A stretch of 64,000 bases of DNA from Armatimonadota bacterium (GTDB lineage: Bacteria; Armatimonadota; Fimbriimonadia; Fimbriimonadales; Fimbriimonadaceae). The stretch covers positions 34,314 to 98,313 of the forward strand of contig WGMG01000009.1 of the NCBI GenBank assembly GCA_016125185.1. The letters are read 5' to 3'. Position 1 is the first letter of the stretch. Each line of letters starts with the position of its first letter. The position numbers and the translations under genes were made by a program. The notes under the pieces are model-generated. The model saw only the letters and a program-made list of their open reading frames with translations, was not told the origin of the DNA and made no database searches. Positions 28,539 through 38,284 of the stretch are shown one piece after another.

Positions 28539-29243
28539 TTACTTGCCCAAAAGCCGATCCAAGGTCGGCTTCAAAGCCTTCGCCCAGATGGCGTATCCAT
28601 CGGCATTTGGGTGAAGGTAGTCGGGCATAATGGTGGGGTGCAGGACGCCGTACTCATCGAGAAACTTCGCGCCGATATCCAAATAGATCGCATGCTTTTG
28701 CCGCGCAATCGGCTCTAACAGAAGGTTGGTCGCATCGACCTTGCGTCGTTGCCAGTTGTCGGGATTTGGACTGCGTGGGAATATCGCATGAAGAACGATC
28801 TTGGCCTGACGCTGATGCACTCGAAGCCAATCGAGGATCGCCGAAACGCCTTCCGCAATCTGCTCCGGCGAGTTGCTTCCGATGTTGTTGGTGCCGATCA
28901 TCACGACCACGACCTTGGGCTGAACGCCGTCCATCTCGCCGTTATCCAATCGCCACAACACGTGCTGGGTGCGGTCGCCGCTGAACCCGAGGTTAACCGG
29001 ATGGTATTTGCCGAAGAACTTGTCCCAGCTATCCTTGCCTCGGTTGTTGAAGCTCTCACCCGTTTGCGGGTCACCGCCAAAGGCGTGGGTGATCGAATCG
29101 CCGATGAAAACGAGATCGCTATTCCCTTGCTTCACTCTGGCGATGACCGCATCGTGTCGCTTCCGCCACCAATCGTCCGGGCGAGGAACGGGCACAATGG
29201 CGTCATTGGCGAGTCGAGCGGTCAGCAATGCGGCGACGAGCAT
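28539..29243 (-). CDS. SGNH/GDSL hydrolase (PAF-acetylhydrolase-like esterase)
   Basis: The four SGNH blocks are present: FIGDSITH, GFSGDRTQ, MIGTNN, DYLHPN. Confidence 0.8.
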   Translation of the reverse strand: MLVAALLTARLANDAIVPVPRPDDWWRKRHDAVIARVKQGNSDLVFIGDSITHAFGGDPQTGESFNNRGKDSWDKFFGKYHPVNLGFSGDRTQHVLWRLDNGEMDGVQPKVVVVMIGTNNIGSNSPEQIAEGVSAILDWLRVHQRQAKIVLHAIFPRSPNPDNWQRRKVDATNLLLEPIARQKHAIYLDIGAKFLDEYGVLHPTIMPDYLHPNADGYAIWAKALKPTLDRLLGK

Positions 29244-29321
29244 AGATGCGTTTTACCCCTTCTGCCACTTCTTCCAGAAATATCAAGGCTCGGATAGAAG
29301 GACCAAATTCGGCTCGCGCCT

Positions 29322-29353
29322 CCCCTCTCCCATTTCTTGAAATGGGAGAGGGG
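29322..29353. repeat. Palindromic element, copy 1 (CCCCTCTCCCATTT-CTTG-AAATGGGAGAGGGG, followed by CCGGGGGTGAGGGC)
   Basis: Perfect 14-bp stem with a 4-nt loop, located just downstream of the DUF559 gene. Confidence 0.8.
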
Positions 29354-29405
29354 CCGGGGGTGAGGGCTAGAGCATTCCTAATTCCAAAACACTAGGAGTG
29401 AGGGT

Positions 29406-29804
29406 TCAAAACCGAAAGCGCCCAGAACGCTCTTCGCACAAACGAATCAACTCCTCAATGTGATTCTTATACGGCGTGCCAGGTTCAAGCTCAAAGAACT
29501 CGATATTAGGAATGCGAAATGTCGCGATGCCTAACTTCTCAAGATACTGGTCACGAATGAAATCCCGAGCCGCGTCATGCTGTTCGCCATCCATTTCTAA
29601 GCAAACCTTAGCTTCCGCGCAGTAGAAATCAAGCCGATAGGGACCAATCGGCACTTCCCGTTTGAATTTGAATCCGATCCGACCACCGCGGACAATTTCC
29701 CAAACGATATCCTCTGCTACTGATGGCGATTTTCGGGCGACCCGAGCCCGGGCCACCTGTGCTTTTGTTCGCTTCGGCCTCGCTCGTCCTGCCATCGCCC
29801 TCAT
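29406..29804 (-). CDS. DUF559 (Vsr-like very-short-patch-repair-type) endonuclease domain protein
   Basis: RRGRIGFKFKREVPIGPYRLDFYCAEAKVCLEMDGEQHD is the typical DUF559 core. Confidence 0.8.
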   Translation of the reverse strand: MRAMAGRARPKRTKAQVARARVARKSPSVAEDIVWEIVRGGRIGFKFKREVPIGPYRLDFYCAEAKVCLEMDGEQHDAARDFIRDQYLEKLGIATFRIPNIEFFELEPGTPYKNHIEELIRLCEERSGRFRF

Positions 29805-29811
29805 CCCCTAA

Positions 29812-29846
29812 CCCCTTCTCCCATTTTTCCAAAATAGGAGAAGGGG
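29812..29846. repeat. Palindromic element, copy 2 (CCCCTTCTCC-catttttccaaaata-GGAGAAGGGG)
   Basis: 10-bp stem. Shares the CT(C/T)CTCCCATTT core with copy 1 in the same orientation. Lies between the sdhA stop and the DUF559 start. Confidence 0.7.
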
Positions 29847-29851
29847 GAAAA

Positions 29852-31762
29852 CTACTTAGACGCCGACGCGAAGCCTTCGAGGAAGTTTTCGCCCATGAGC
29901 TTCTTCACGATGCCGATCTGGTTCACTGCGTACTTACGGGCCCGAGGAGCAAGGAAGCGACAGTCGATGGGCTCGTACGTGAACTTGGTTCCCGTCGGTG
30001 TCCAAGTCGCCATCGAGGTTTTCAGCCAATCCGAGTCGTTGCGCTCCGGCGTATCCATCTTAAAGTGCGCGCCGCGGCTCTCGTCGCGCTGAATCGCGCC
30101 ATCCACAATCGCCTTCGACTGCTCAATCATGTTAATGACTGCGCGAGAGAACGGCACCGCCTGGTTGGTCCAACCGCTGTCGTCCACCAGGTTGCATTGT
30201 CGGGCTCGCTGGGCGAGCGAGTCGAGATTGGCCCGAGCCGCCTCCAGGTCCTTCTGCACGCGCCAAATGCCGCAGTTGTTCCACATCGTCTCCGCCAGTT
30301 CGGCATGAAGTCGATAGGGGTTCTCGTTGCCATTGTTCTTGCGCAGACCGTCGTACTGGTCCTGCTTCTCCTTGCGCGCGTCCTCAAGGACTGAGCTATT
30401 CAAGCCGTCCGCCGACACATCGCCTTTCGCAAAGTAAGCCAAGATGCCTTCGGACGCGATCTCACCACCGACCAGGCAGGAGAGGAGCGCGTTCGCGCCC
30501 AGGCGATTCGCGCCGTGGTACTGGAAGTCGCATTCGCCGGCAGCGTACAGCCCCGGAATATTGGTCATCTGGTTGCGCGGGCTATCCACATCCCATGTGC
30601 CGTCGCCATTGGTTTCGTAATCCACCCATAGGCCGCCCATCGTGTAGTGGACCGCCGGGTAAATTCGCATCGGATTCTCGATTGGGTCCTCACGCATGAA
30701 CTTCTCGTAGATTTCGAGAACTCCTTCCAGCTTGTCGTTGATCTGGTCGCGAGTGTAAGGCCCACCCCGCTCCGTATTAAGCTGAGTGATGTCCAGATAA
30801 GCCTGCTGGCGACCCTGAACACCCTTGCCCATTCGGCAAACGCAGTAGATGATAAAGCTGACGATGTCGCGGCTGAGCAGATTGCCGTACTTAGGGTCCA
30901 ACTCTTCGCACACATACCATCGGTCGGCTTCAGGAATGTCGGTCGCGCGTCGCTTGTCTACCGGGTCGCGCGGAACCCAAACGCGTCCACCTTCGCCACG
31001 TACCGACTCCGAAATCAGGCGGCACTTGTCTTCGCCGGGAATCGCCGTCGGGTGAATCTGGACCATCTCCGGATTACCGTAGATTGCGCCCTGCTGGTAG
31101 CAAATCGAAACCGCCGCACCGGTGTTGATGATCGAATTGGTCGATCGGCCAAAGATCAGACCGTTGCCGCCCGTCGCCATCACGACCGCGTCGGCCGCAA
31201 ACGCCTCGATCTCCATGCTCCGCAGGTTCTGAGCGGTAATGCCGCGGCATCGACCCTCTGAGTCCTTCACGATGCCGAGGAACTCGTACCCCTCGTACTT
31301 CTCGACCTGGTTGATCGTCTCCCAGCGGCGAACCTGCTCGTCCAACGCATACAGAAGCTGTTGCCCGGTAGTCGCACCGGCGTAAGCCGTTCGGTGCTTC
31401 AGCGTTCCGCCAAATCGGCGGAACGACAGCAGACCCTCGTGGGTTCGATTGAACGGAACACCCATGCGGTCCAGCAGGTAGATGATCGCCGGAGCCCGCT
31501 CGGCCATGCGCATAACCGGAGGCTGGTGGTTCAGAAAGTCGCCACCGGTGATGGTGTCTTCAAAATGGAGATAAGGGGAGTCGCCTTCGCCGCGAAGGTT
31601 CACCGCGCCGTTGATGCCGCCCTGGGCGCATACCGAGTGAGATCGCTTGACGGGCACGATGCTAAAAATCTTGACCTTGTGCCCCGCCTCGGCCAACTTC
31701 ATCGAGGCCATCAGTCCGGCTAATCCGCCGCCAACTACGACAACGGTACGTTGTGCTGCCAT
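29852..31762 (-). CDS. sdhA: Succinate dehydrogenase/fumarate reductase flavoprotein subunit (long, B. subtilis/Bacteroidetes-type)
   Basis: VVVVGGGLAGLMAS FAD-binding fold, RSHSVCAQGGINGA (covalent-FAD His region), HPTAIPG, RGEGGRV, and GANRLGANALL near the C-terminal part. 636 aa. Confidence 0.85.
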   Translation of the reverse strand: MAAQRTVVVVGGGLAGLMASMKLAEAGHKVKIFSIVPVKRSHSVCAQGGINGAVNLRGEGDSPYLHFEDTITGGDFLNHQPPVMRMAERAPAIIYLLDRMGVPFNRTHEGLLSFRRFGGTLKHRTAYAGATTGQQLLYALDEQVRRWETINQVEKYEGYEFLGIVKDSEGRCRGITAQNLRSMEIEAFAADAVVMATGGNGLIFGRSTNSIINTGAAVSICYQQGAIYGNPEMVQIHPTAIPGEDKCRLISESVRGEGGRVWVPRDPVDKRRATDIPEADRWYVCEELDPKYGNLLSRDIVSFIIYCVCRMGKGVQGRQQAYLDITQLNTERGGPYTRDQINDKLEGVLEIYEKFMREDPIENPMRIYPAVHYTMGGLWVDYETNGDGTWDVDSPRNQMTNIPGLYAAGECDFQYHGANRLGANALLSCLVGGEIASEGILAYFAKGDVSADGLNSSVLEDARKEKQDQYDGLRKNNGNENPYRLHAELAETMWNNCGIWRVQKDLEAARANLDSLAQRARQCNLVDDSGWTNQAVPFSRAVINMIEQSKAIVDGAIQRDESRGAHFKMDTPERNDSDWLKTSMATWTPTGTKFTYEPIDCRFLAPRARKYAVNQIGIVKKLMGENFLEGFASASK

Positions 31763-31846
31763 TTCAGTCCTTTATTCTACGCAGTTTGGCACGACGAAAG
31801 CTGGGGCCAGACCCCCTGTCGGCAATAGTTTCCACAGTCCTCGTGT

Positions 31847-32719
31847 CTACTGCGGACGGATGCTCGCGCTCGTCACCCATACGGGCCCCTTCAGGATTGC
31901 CTTGTCGCTTCCCTTCGTCCAGTCGCCGATGTGCAGTTCGCTGGTCCAAACCTTCACCGATCCCAGCGGAGACAGTTCGCGCGTCGTGCAGTACGCATAC
32001 GCCGGACGCATCGGCCAAAAATCGAACCCGTTCGCCGTGTCAAAGATCGTCTTCGGCTCCTTCCCACGCTCGAACAGCATCACCCCATTCACGTCGCCGG
32101 TCGTCGAATCATGGTCGCCAATGAACACCCACAGCTTCGATCCCGAATCCGTGGTTCGTGCCCGCAACGCCATCCAGTCGCAGTTTGCCGCCTTGCCGTT
32201 CGACCAATACTCAAAGGGCGCAAGGCACGTTAGCTTCAGCCGATGCTCGGGACTGCTGGGGTTGGGCAGGTCGGTCGCAATCGCCTCGGAAAGAACGATG
32301 TCGTCCTTCGAAGGCGGCTCTTGAAATGGCATGAGCGCAACCGTCGTCGGGTCGATCGTCATCACGCCCTTCGAGCGGTCATAGTCTTCGACAATCTCGG
32401 GCACGCCCGGCTCCGCCATCTTCCAACGCGACTCCACAAAGCCAAGGTTAATCGCTTTCCGCACCAGGGTCGGCTTCCACGGCGACAGTTTGCTGGTGTA
32501 GAGCCCAGAATCCGTAAACCATGCCAGCCGATCCGTTCCCACCCATTGCACAAAGTTGGGCGTTTCTGGGGTTCGAAGGAGCTTTCGGTCACTGCCATCC
32601 AGGTTCGAAACGTAAAGCTCGAACCGGCTCTTTTCCTTCCCCGGCTTGTATAGGCGGGCGATGAAAGCCAGCGTCGGCTGGGCAGCGGCAAGAACGAAGG
32701 AAGCTGTCGCGAGAACCAT
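31847..32719 (-). CDS. Secreted hypothetical protein
   Basis: Signal peptide MVLATASFVLAAAQPTLA. Has a TolB-like LYVSNLDGSDRKLL segment. No firm family. Confidence 0.5.
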   Translation of the reverse strand: MVLATASFVLAAAQPTLAFIARLYKPGKEKSRFELYVSNLDGSDRKLLRTPETPNFVQWVGTDRLAWFTDSGLYTSKLSPWKPTLVRKAINLGFVESRWKMAEPGVPEIVEDYDRSKGVMTIDPTTVALMPFQEPPSKDDIVLSEAIATDLPNPSSPEHRLKLTCLAPFEYWSNGKAANCDWMALRARTTDSGSKLWVFIGDHDSTTGDVNGVMLFERGKEPKTIFDTANGFDFWPMRPAYAYCTTRELSPLGSVKVWTSELHIGDWTKGSDKAILKGPVWVTSASIRPQ

Positions 32720-32882
32720 AACGTATCCAACAGTCTACGACGTCCAGGCGTTGCACTCAGTTTTGTCGTAGGCCCTCCCCTGCCCCGTTTTCGACCCGAA
32801 AAGATAAGATTTTCACGCATCGAAAAATCTCTTCCCCAACGGCGAAACAAAGGCTTTTCGGAGTGGCTAAACTGGGAGCGAT

Positions 32883-33872
32883 ATGGACCAAGTTCGGTTT
32901 GGACTCATCGGCGTTGGTGGGTTCGCAAGGTATCGAGTAGGCAATCTACTCAAGGTCAAAGGTGCCACGGTAACGGCGATGGCCGATACGAGCGCGGACA
33001 ACATCGCGCGCATGAAGGAGACGCACCCCGCCACCGCAGGAGCAAAGGAGTTCGCCGACTATCATGACCTTCTCGCCCAAGACGATGTGGACGCGGTCAT
33101 GATCATGACCCCTCACACCCAGCACGTCACCCAGATTCTGGATTCGCTGGCCGCGGGCAAGCACACGTGCGTCGAGAAGCCGATGGTCACCACCGTCGAC
33201 GACGCCCACAAAGTCATCGCCGCTCGCGACAAGGCCGGAAAAGTCGGCATGGTCAGCTATCAGCGGCACTTCGAGCCGGTCTATCGCAAGATCAAGTCGA
33301 TGATCGAAAGCGGTGAGGCGGGCGACATCCAGTTTATCGCGGGCCTGAGTTGCCAGGAATGGAAGGTCGGCACCAAGGGCACTTGGCGGCAGGATCCGGG
33401 CCTCAGCGGCGGCGGACAATTGAACGACACCGGTTCGCACTTCGTTGATGTCATCCTCTGGTCAACCGGCCTCGAAGCCGAAACCGTCAGCGCCATCGGC
33501 GACAACCGAGGCACGCTCGTCGATATCGACTCGGCCCTCGCCATCCGGTTCAAGGGCGGCGCCGTCGGCACCATCTCGGTCGTAGGCGACTCGACCAACT
33601 GGCACGAGGACATGACGGTCATGGGCACCAAGCTCGGCTTCTTCGTCCGCGCGGGCAAGCTGACCGTCCGCAACCTGGCCAAAGACCAGATTGTGTACGA
33701 ATCGATGTCTGGCGGCACCACCCCCGACCAGCACTTCTTCGACTGCATCACCAAAGGCATCCCTTGCGAGTCCCCGTTCGAATGTGGTCTCGAAGTCATC
33801 CGCCTCACCGAAGCAGCCTGGAAGTCCATGGAGAAGGGCGGCGCACCGGTCAAAGTCGCCGACCTGGGTTAA
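32883..33872 (+). CDS. Gfo/Idh/MocA family oxidoreductase
   Basis: VRFGLIGVGGFARY Rossmann N-terminus and VEKPM catalytic-region motif. Confidence 0.85.
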   Translation: MDQVRFGLIGVGGFARYRVGNLLKVKGATVTAMADTSADNIARMKETHPATAGAKEFADYHDLLAQDDVDAVMIMTPHTQHVTQILDSLAAGKHTCVEKPMVTTVDDAHKVIAARDKAGKVGMVSYQRHFEPVYRKIKSMIESGEAGDIQFIAGLSCQEWKVGTKGTWRQDPGLSGGGQLNDTGSHFVDVILWSTGLEAETVSAIGDNRGTLVDIDSALAIRFKGGAVGTISVVGDSTNWHEDMTVMGTKLGFFVRAGKLTVRNLAKDQIVYESMSGGTTPDQHFFDCITKGIPCESPFECGLEVIRLTEAAWKSMEKGGAPVKVADLG

Positions 33873-33926
33873 GTCCAAAGCTATATCCTTCCCAAAGATT
33901 GGGAAGGTGGCACGTCAGTGACGAAA

Positions 33927-33962
33927 GGGATGGTTCCGTCTTAGAGGAATCATCCCTTTTTT
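33927..33962 (+). terminator. Strong intrinsic terminator
   Basis: GGGATGGTTCC-gtcttaga-GGAATCATCCC (11 bp including one G-U) followed by TTTTTT, 55 nt after the oxidoreductase stop. A second hairpin CCTTCCCA-aagat-TGGGAAGG lies at 33887-33907. Confidence 0.65.
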
Positions 33963-34116
33963 CAGTGGAAGCAGGCACGGGTACGATCTCGCGCCTCTAC
34001 AGAGGCCGAGGAGCGAAGCGGAATCGGGGCGACCCCCGACATTATTGCGGCAATCTAGCCTGACCTATTTAATCATTACAGACCGGCTCAACACAAAAAC
34101 CGAAACCTTTACAAAA

Positions 34117-35241
34117 ATGTCACAATGGACCAGTACAGCCATGCAGGTCCCTTTTTATGATATTCAGGCGCAGTACACCGATCTCGCGTCTGAAATCGAC
34201 CAAGTTGTCCACGATGTAATCTCTTCCGGAAACTACGTCCTCGGCAACCACAACCGAGCGTTCGAAGAGGAATTCGCTCGCCTGCACCAGGTCAATCACG
34301 CCATCGCCGTCCATAGCGGCACCGATGCCCTCCGAATCATGATGGATGCGGCCGAGATCGGCCCCGGCGACGAGGTCATCACCACCGCCTTCACCTTCGT
34401 GGCCAGCGTCGAAACCATCGTCCAAACCGGCGCGACGCCGGTGTTCGTGGACATCGATCCCGCCACCTTCATGATGGACCCGGCCAAGATCGAGGCCGCC
34501 ATCACTCCTAAGACCAAGGCGATCCTCCCCATTCACCTCTTCGGCCAACTCTACGACGTCGTCCGCATTGGCGAGATCGCTCAAAAGCACGGGCTCGTGG
34601 TCCTCGAAGACGCCGCCCAAGCCATCGAAAGCACCTTCGACGGCAAGCCGGCCGGTCACTTCGGAATCTCCGCCGGATTCAGCTTTTACGTCACCAAGAA
34701 CCTCGGCGCCGCCGGCGACGGGGGCATGATCACCACCAACGACGACGAAACCAACGAGCGATGCCGCTCGATCCGTGTACACGGCATGGGCCGTGAGCGC
34801 TACTACTACGACCACCTCGGCTACACGGCTCGCCTCGACGAGATTCAGGCTGCCGTCCTGCGCGTCAAGATGACCAAGCTCGGCGATTGGGGCAAGCGAA
34901 AGGTCGCCATCGGCCAGCGATACCTCAACGAACTCAACGGCATCGACGGTTTAGTCCTCCCCGTCACCAGCCCCGGCAACAACCACACCTTCCACCAGTT
35001 CACGGTGCGGGCCAAACGCCGCGACGCCCTCCAAGCGCACCTCAAAGACCTCGGCGTCCCGTCGATGATCTACTATCCGGTGCCGATCCACCACCATAAG
35101 CCGTATCTGAAGTTTGCCCCGTCGAGTCCGCTCTCAGTGACCGAAGAAGTCTCGAACGAAGTCCTCAGTCTGCCGATCCATCCGCACCTGTCGGATGAGC
35201 AGGTCAGCCACGTGATCGACTCCGTTCAGAAATTTTTCTAA
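34117..35241 (+). CDS. DegT/DnrJ/EryC1/StrS family PLP-dependent sugar aminotransferase
   Basis: VPFYDIQAQY..., HSGTDAL, FSFYVTKNLGAAGDGG (PLP-Lys region) and RVHGM are present. The start is uncertain (ATG 34117 or 34141), and the track start 34045 looks over-extended. Confidence 0.85.
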   Translation: MSQWTSTAMQVPFYDIQAQYTDLASEIDQVVHDVISSGNYVLGNHNRAFEEEFARLHQVNHAIAVHSGTDALRIMMDAAEIGPGDEVITTAFTFVASVETIVQTGATPVFVDIDPATFMMDPAKIEAAITPKTKAILPIHLFGQLYDVVRIGEIAQKHGLVVLEDAAQAIESTFDGKPAGHFGISAGFSFYVTKNLGAAGDGGMITTNDDETNERCRSIRVHGMGRERYYYDHLGYTARLDEIQAAVLRVKMTKLGDWGKRKVAIGQRYLNELNGIDGLVLPVTSPGNNHTFHQFTVRAKRRDALQAHLKDLGVPSMIYYPVPIHHHKPYLKFAPSSPLSVTEEVSNEVLSLPIHPHLSDEQVSHVIDSVQKFF

Positions 35242-35461
35242 ATTTCTCGATTGGCTTTGAACTTCCCGTCCTAGTGGCGCGTAATTAGGCTATCTGAACC
35301 CTGAGATCTAGCGTGTCGCGATAGGTGGGCGGGATGTGGAGTCGACTCAGTTAGCTTTCAGTGGTTCAGAGACCCCCGTCGCTCCAAGCTCCGGGGATCG
35401 TTTCGACTCGAAAGCAGACAAACCCCTTTCGTACCCAGCGGGAGGGGCCCCTCATTAACCT

Positions 35462-38233
35462 TTAGCCGCCGCCACGCGTTTCCGTCGGCACCTGCTGAAT
35501 GTACGGCACGCCGTCCGTGATCCACTTCTCGGGTTTAGTGCCCTTCAGATACACGTCGAGCCACTCGCGAAGTCGTCGCGCGTAGTCCAACTGATTCGGC
35601 CGCTGGGCCAAACCGTGGTTCTCGCCCGCGTAAACCAGCATCACGCACTGCTTGCCCATGCGCCGCAACGTGTTGTATAGGTACTGGCCCTGGTGCCAAT
35701 CCACCGCGCCGTCAGCATCGCCGAACGCCATCAAAAGCGGAACCTTGCGCTTGGCCGACTGCCAAACCGGCGAGTTGTCGAAGTACGGCTTCGGGTCCTC
35801 CCAGAACGGAACCCGCATGCGCCCTTGCGAAGACTCGAAGATCACCTGGTCGGTCATGCCGCCGTTCCAGTAGTACGAGTTGTACATGCTAGTCAGTTCG
35901 GTTAGCGGCGCGCCGCACGCACCCACTGCAAACCGGTCGCTGACCGTCGTCACAAACGCCGTCTGATACGCGCCCCACGAGTGGCCAATCAGCCCGACCT
36001 TCTTCGGATCGACGCCCACATTCTTCTTGACCACCGCATCCACCGCAGGCTCCAAGCAGTCCACCGCCGACTCGCCCGGACGGTTGCCCTTGTACGCGAT
36101 GTCTGGCTCGAAAACGAAGTAGCCATTCTGACTGAAGTACTGCAGGTTGTACGCCGACCATTCGCTCGGGAACTGATACTGGTTCTTGTTGTCCGAGAGG
36201 CGCTCGTAGATGTACGTCACCATCGGATACTTCTTGCTCGGGTCATAGTCGGCCGGATAGATCAGCGTTCCCTGCAGGTCCACGCCGAACCGGCTCTTGT
36301 AGTTGACCAACTCAGATTTGCCCCACTTGAACTGAGCCTGCTGGGGATTCGTATGCGTCACCGGCTTCGCCGCCGAAAATGCCTGGTTCGTAATATACAG
36401 GTCTGGCGACTTCAGATACGACTCCATCGAGAACATCATCCGGTCAGCGTCCTTGGCCTTCACTAGCCGCCGAATCTGGACGTCGTCGAAGATCGGGATC
36501 GTGCCCTTCAGGTCCTTGCCGACGATGTACACGCCATCCTTCTTCGTCTCCGTGTCGAAAACGTCGAAGTACATTGGGAACTCGCGCTTAGGCTCGTCGT
36601 CGTACGGAGCGACCTCCTGATACCGGTAGCGAACCTTATCCTTGCGGCCATCGGTCAGCTTCACCATCTTGCCCGTTTCTGGGTCGCACAGCCACGCATC
36701 ATACCGATCCTGTACGATTAATCCCGCGTCCTTATCTAGCCAGGTCGGTTGGTCCTCTGGCGGCTTGACCGCCACTGTATGGTCGTCCAGTTCGTCCTCG
36801 AAGTTCGCATAGCCGTCCGGATGAAGCGCCCGCGCCTTCTTGTTGCGGACGTCGTACACCCACCACAGCTTGTTGTCGTAGTACGCAAAGTAGTTGCCCG
36901 TCACGCTCGGCACCAGGCCAAACTGGTTCTTCTTCACCGCCTCGGTCTTCTCACCTGTCTTCAGGTTCGTGACCCAAAAGTCCGCGTAATTGATGCCGTT
37001 CGTCACCGAACTGGTGTACGGAGTCCCGTCTTGCACAATCGCGTAAGTCATGTCTTGGGACAGGTATGTCTGAACGTCGAAACCCGGAATCTCGTCGTCC
37101 TTGCCCGGCGACGCTTTGGTCAGCGTGTTGGCATCTGGGTCCCAAATAAACAGAATTCCCCTCGCCCGGTCCCGCGCACTTTGCCGCTTCTGCAAGGGCA
37201 TCGGCCGCGTGTCCTTCGTGTTCCAGACCTCGACTCCCGCCTTGTCCTTCGGCTTGACCGGCTTCTCCTTATCGTTCCAAGGCTGAATCGTCAGTGCGAT
37301 CTTCGAACCGTCGTCGGACGGAGAGATACGCATGCCATCGCTGATCTTCATGCCTTTCGGAAAGTTGGCGAAAGCCGTCGGATTGAACCGCTGTCGGGTA
37401 AGAACTCCGTCAAATCCCGAAACTCGCAACACATCGTTGTTGTCGCCTTCCTTCTTATCGTCCGGTAACGCAATCGAGAGCGAAAGCACGTCCGCGTCTT
37501 TGGCCCATGCAAACGACGTCACGTCGTCTTTGCCGCTGTAGATCGGGTGCATGATTCCCGTCTTGATGTCCAGCACCTCGAACGCTTGATAGCCAGTCCC
37601 CGAATCGATCTGGATCGCCATGAGCGTTTCCGGTTCATTGAGGCTGTAGCTCTTCACGTTGGAAATCACCATCTGTTCCCCGTTTGTGGCGTTGATGAGG
37701 AGCAAATCGCCAGCACCTGGCCCGGGTGCCATTTTGGGTCGCAGGGCCACGATCAGGTCTTTGTCTTTCAGAAAACTAAAATTGGCGATGTCGTCGATCA
37801 CGTGCTCTTCGCCATTTTCCAAACTTCGGATGCCAAGCTTGGTCGGGCTGGGCTTCTTCTGCTCCGTATTCTTTTCGATTTCGGCCTTCGGGAGTGTGAT
37901 GAGGTAAGCCGCCCACTTCGAGGTGTCCGAGATCGCCGGACGAATGCCGTCGGGAATCAGCGCCTTCTCGGGCCCATCGATCTTCCGTGCCACCACATAG
38001 CCGTCGGCGTCGGCCTTCACCACGCCGTAAAGCAAATATTTGCCGTCGTTTGAGATCACTGCCTGAGAAATGCGCTCCCACTCCTTGTAATCGTCGAAGG
38101 TTAGCGTCCGCGGTTTGGCCGGTGCTTCTTGTTTCGGCGGTGGGGTCTGCTGTTTGTCAGAATCCTGGGCGTTGACGGCGATCGGCCATACGCAAGCCAG
38201 CGCGACTAGCGAGAGAGCCCGATATCGAATCAT
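35462..38233 (-). CDS. S9 family serine peptidase (prolyl oligopeptidase/acylaminoacyl-peptidase-like) with N-terminal propeller
   Basis: Signal peptide; GLIGHSWGAYQTAF (GxSxG); FGDADGAVD; GENHGL (catalytic Asp/His regions). Confidence 0.8.
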   Translation of the reverse strand: MIRYRALSLVALACVWPIAVNAQDSDKQQTPPPKQEAPAKPRTLTFDDYKEWERISQAVISNDGKYLLYGVVKADADGYVVARKIDGPEKALIPDGIRPAISDTSKWAAYLITLPKAEIEKNTEQKKPSPTKLGIRSLENGEEHVIDDIANFSFLKDKDLIVALRPKMAPGPGAGDLLLINATNGEQMVISNVKSYSLNEPETLMAIQIDSGTGYQAFEVLDIKTGIMHPIYSGKDDVTSFAWAKDADVLSLSIALPDDKKEGDNNDVLRVSGFDGVLTRQRFNPTAFANFPKGMKISDGMRISPSDDGSKIALTIQPWNDKEKPVKPKDKAGVEVWNTKDTRPMPLQKRQSARDRARGILFIWDPDANTLTKASPGKDDEIPGFDVQTYLSQDMTYAIVQDGTPYTSSVTNGINYADFWVTNLKTGEKTEAVKKNQFGLVPSVTGNYFAYYDNKLWWVYDVRNKKARALHPDGYANFEDELDDHTVAVKPPEDQPTWLDKDAGLIVQDRYDAWLCDPETGKMVKLTDGRKDKVRYRYQEVAPYDDEPKREFPMYFDVFDTETKKDGVYIVGKDLKGTIPIFDDVQIRRLVKAKDADRMMFSMESYLKSPDLYITNQAFSAAKPVTHTNPQQAQFKWGKSELVNYKSRFGVDLQGTLIYPADYDPSKKYPMVTYIYERLSDNKNQYQFPSEWSAYNLQYFSQNGYFVFEPDIAYKGNRPGESAVDCLEPAVDAVVKKNVGVDPKKVGLIGHSWGAYQTAFVTTVSDRFAVGACGAPLTELTSMYNSYYWNGGMTDQVIFESSQGRMRVPFWEDPKPYFDNSPVWQSAKRKVPLLMAFGDADGAVDWHQGQYLYNTLRRMGKQCVMLVYAGENHGLAQRPNQLDYARRLREWLDVYLKGTKPEKWITDGVPYIQQVPTETRGGG

Positions 38234-38284
38234 GCACGAAGTTTAACCACTTCGTGGGCAAATTCCGATATAGAATCGAAGAAG

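Noticed and set aside
35385-35425. GGGGATCGTTTCGACTCG, superficially like a tmRNA 5' end (GGGG...GGAUUCGAC)
   Set aside because: There is no room for a ~350-nt tmRNA before the S9 peptidase coding region. No tag ORF or TCCACCA 3' end is visible.
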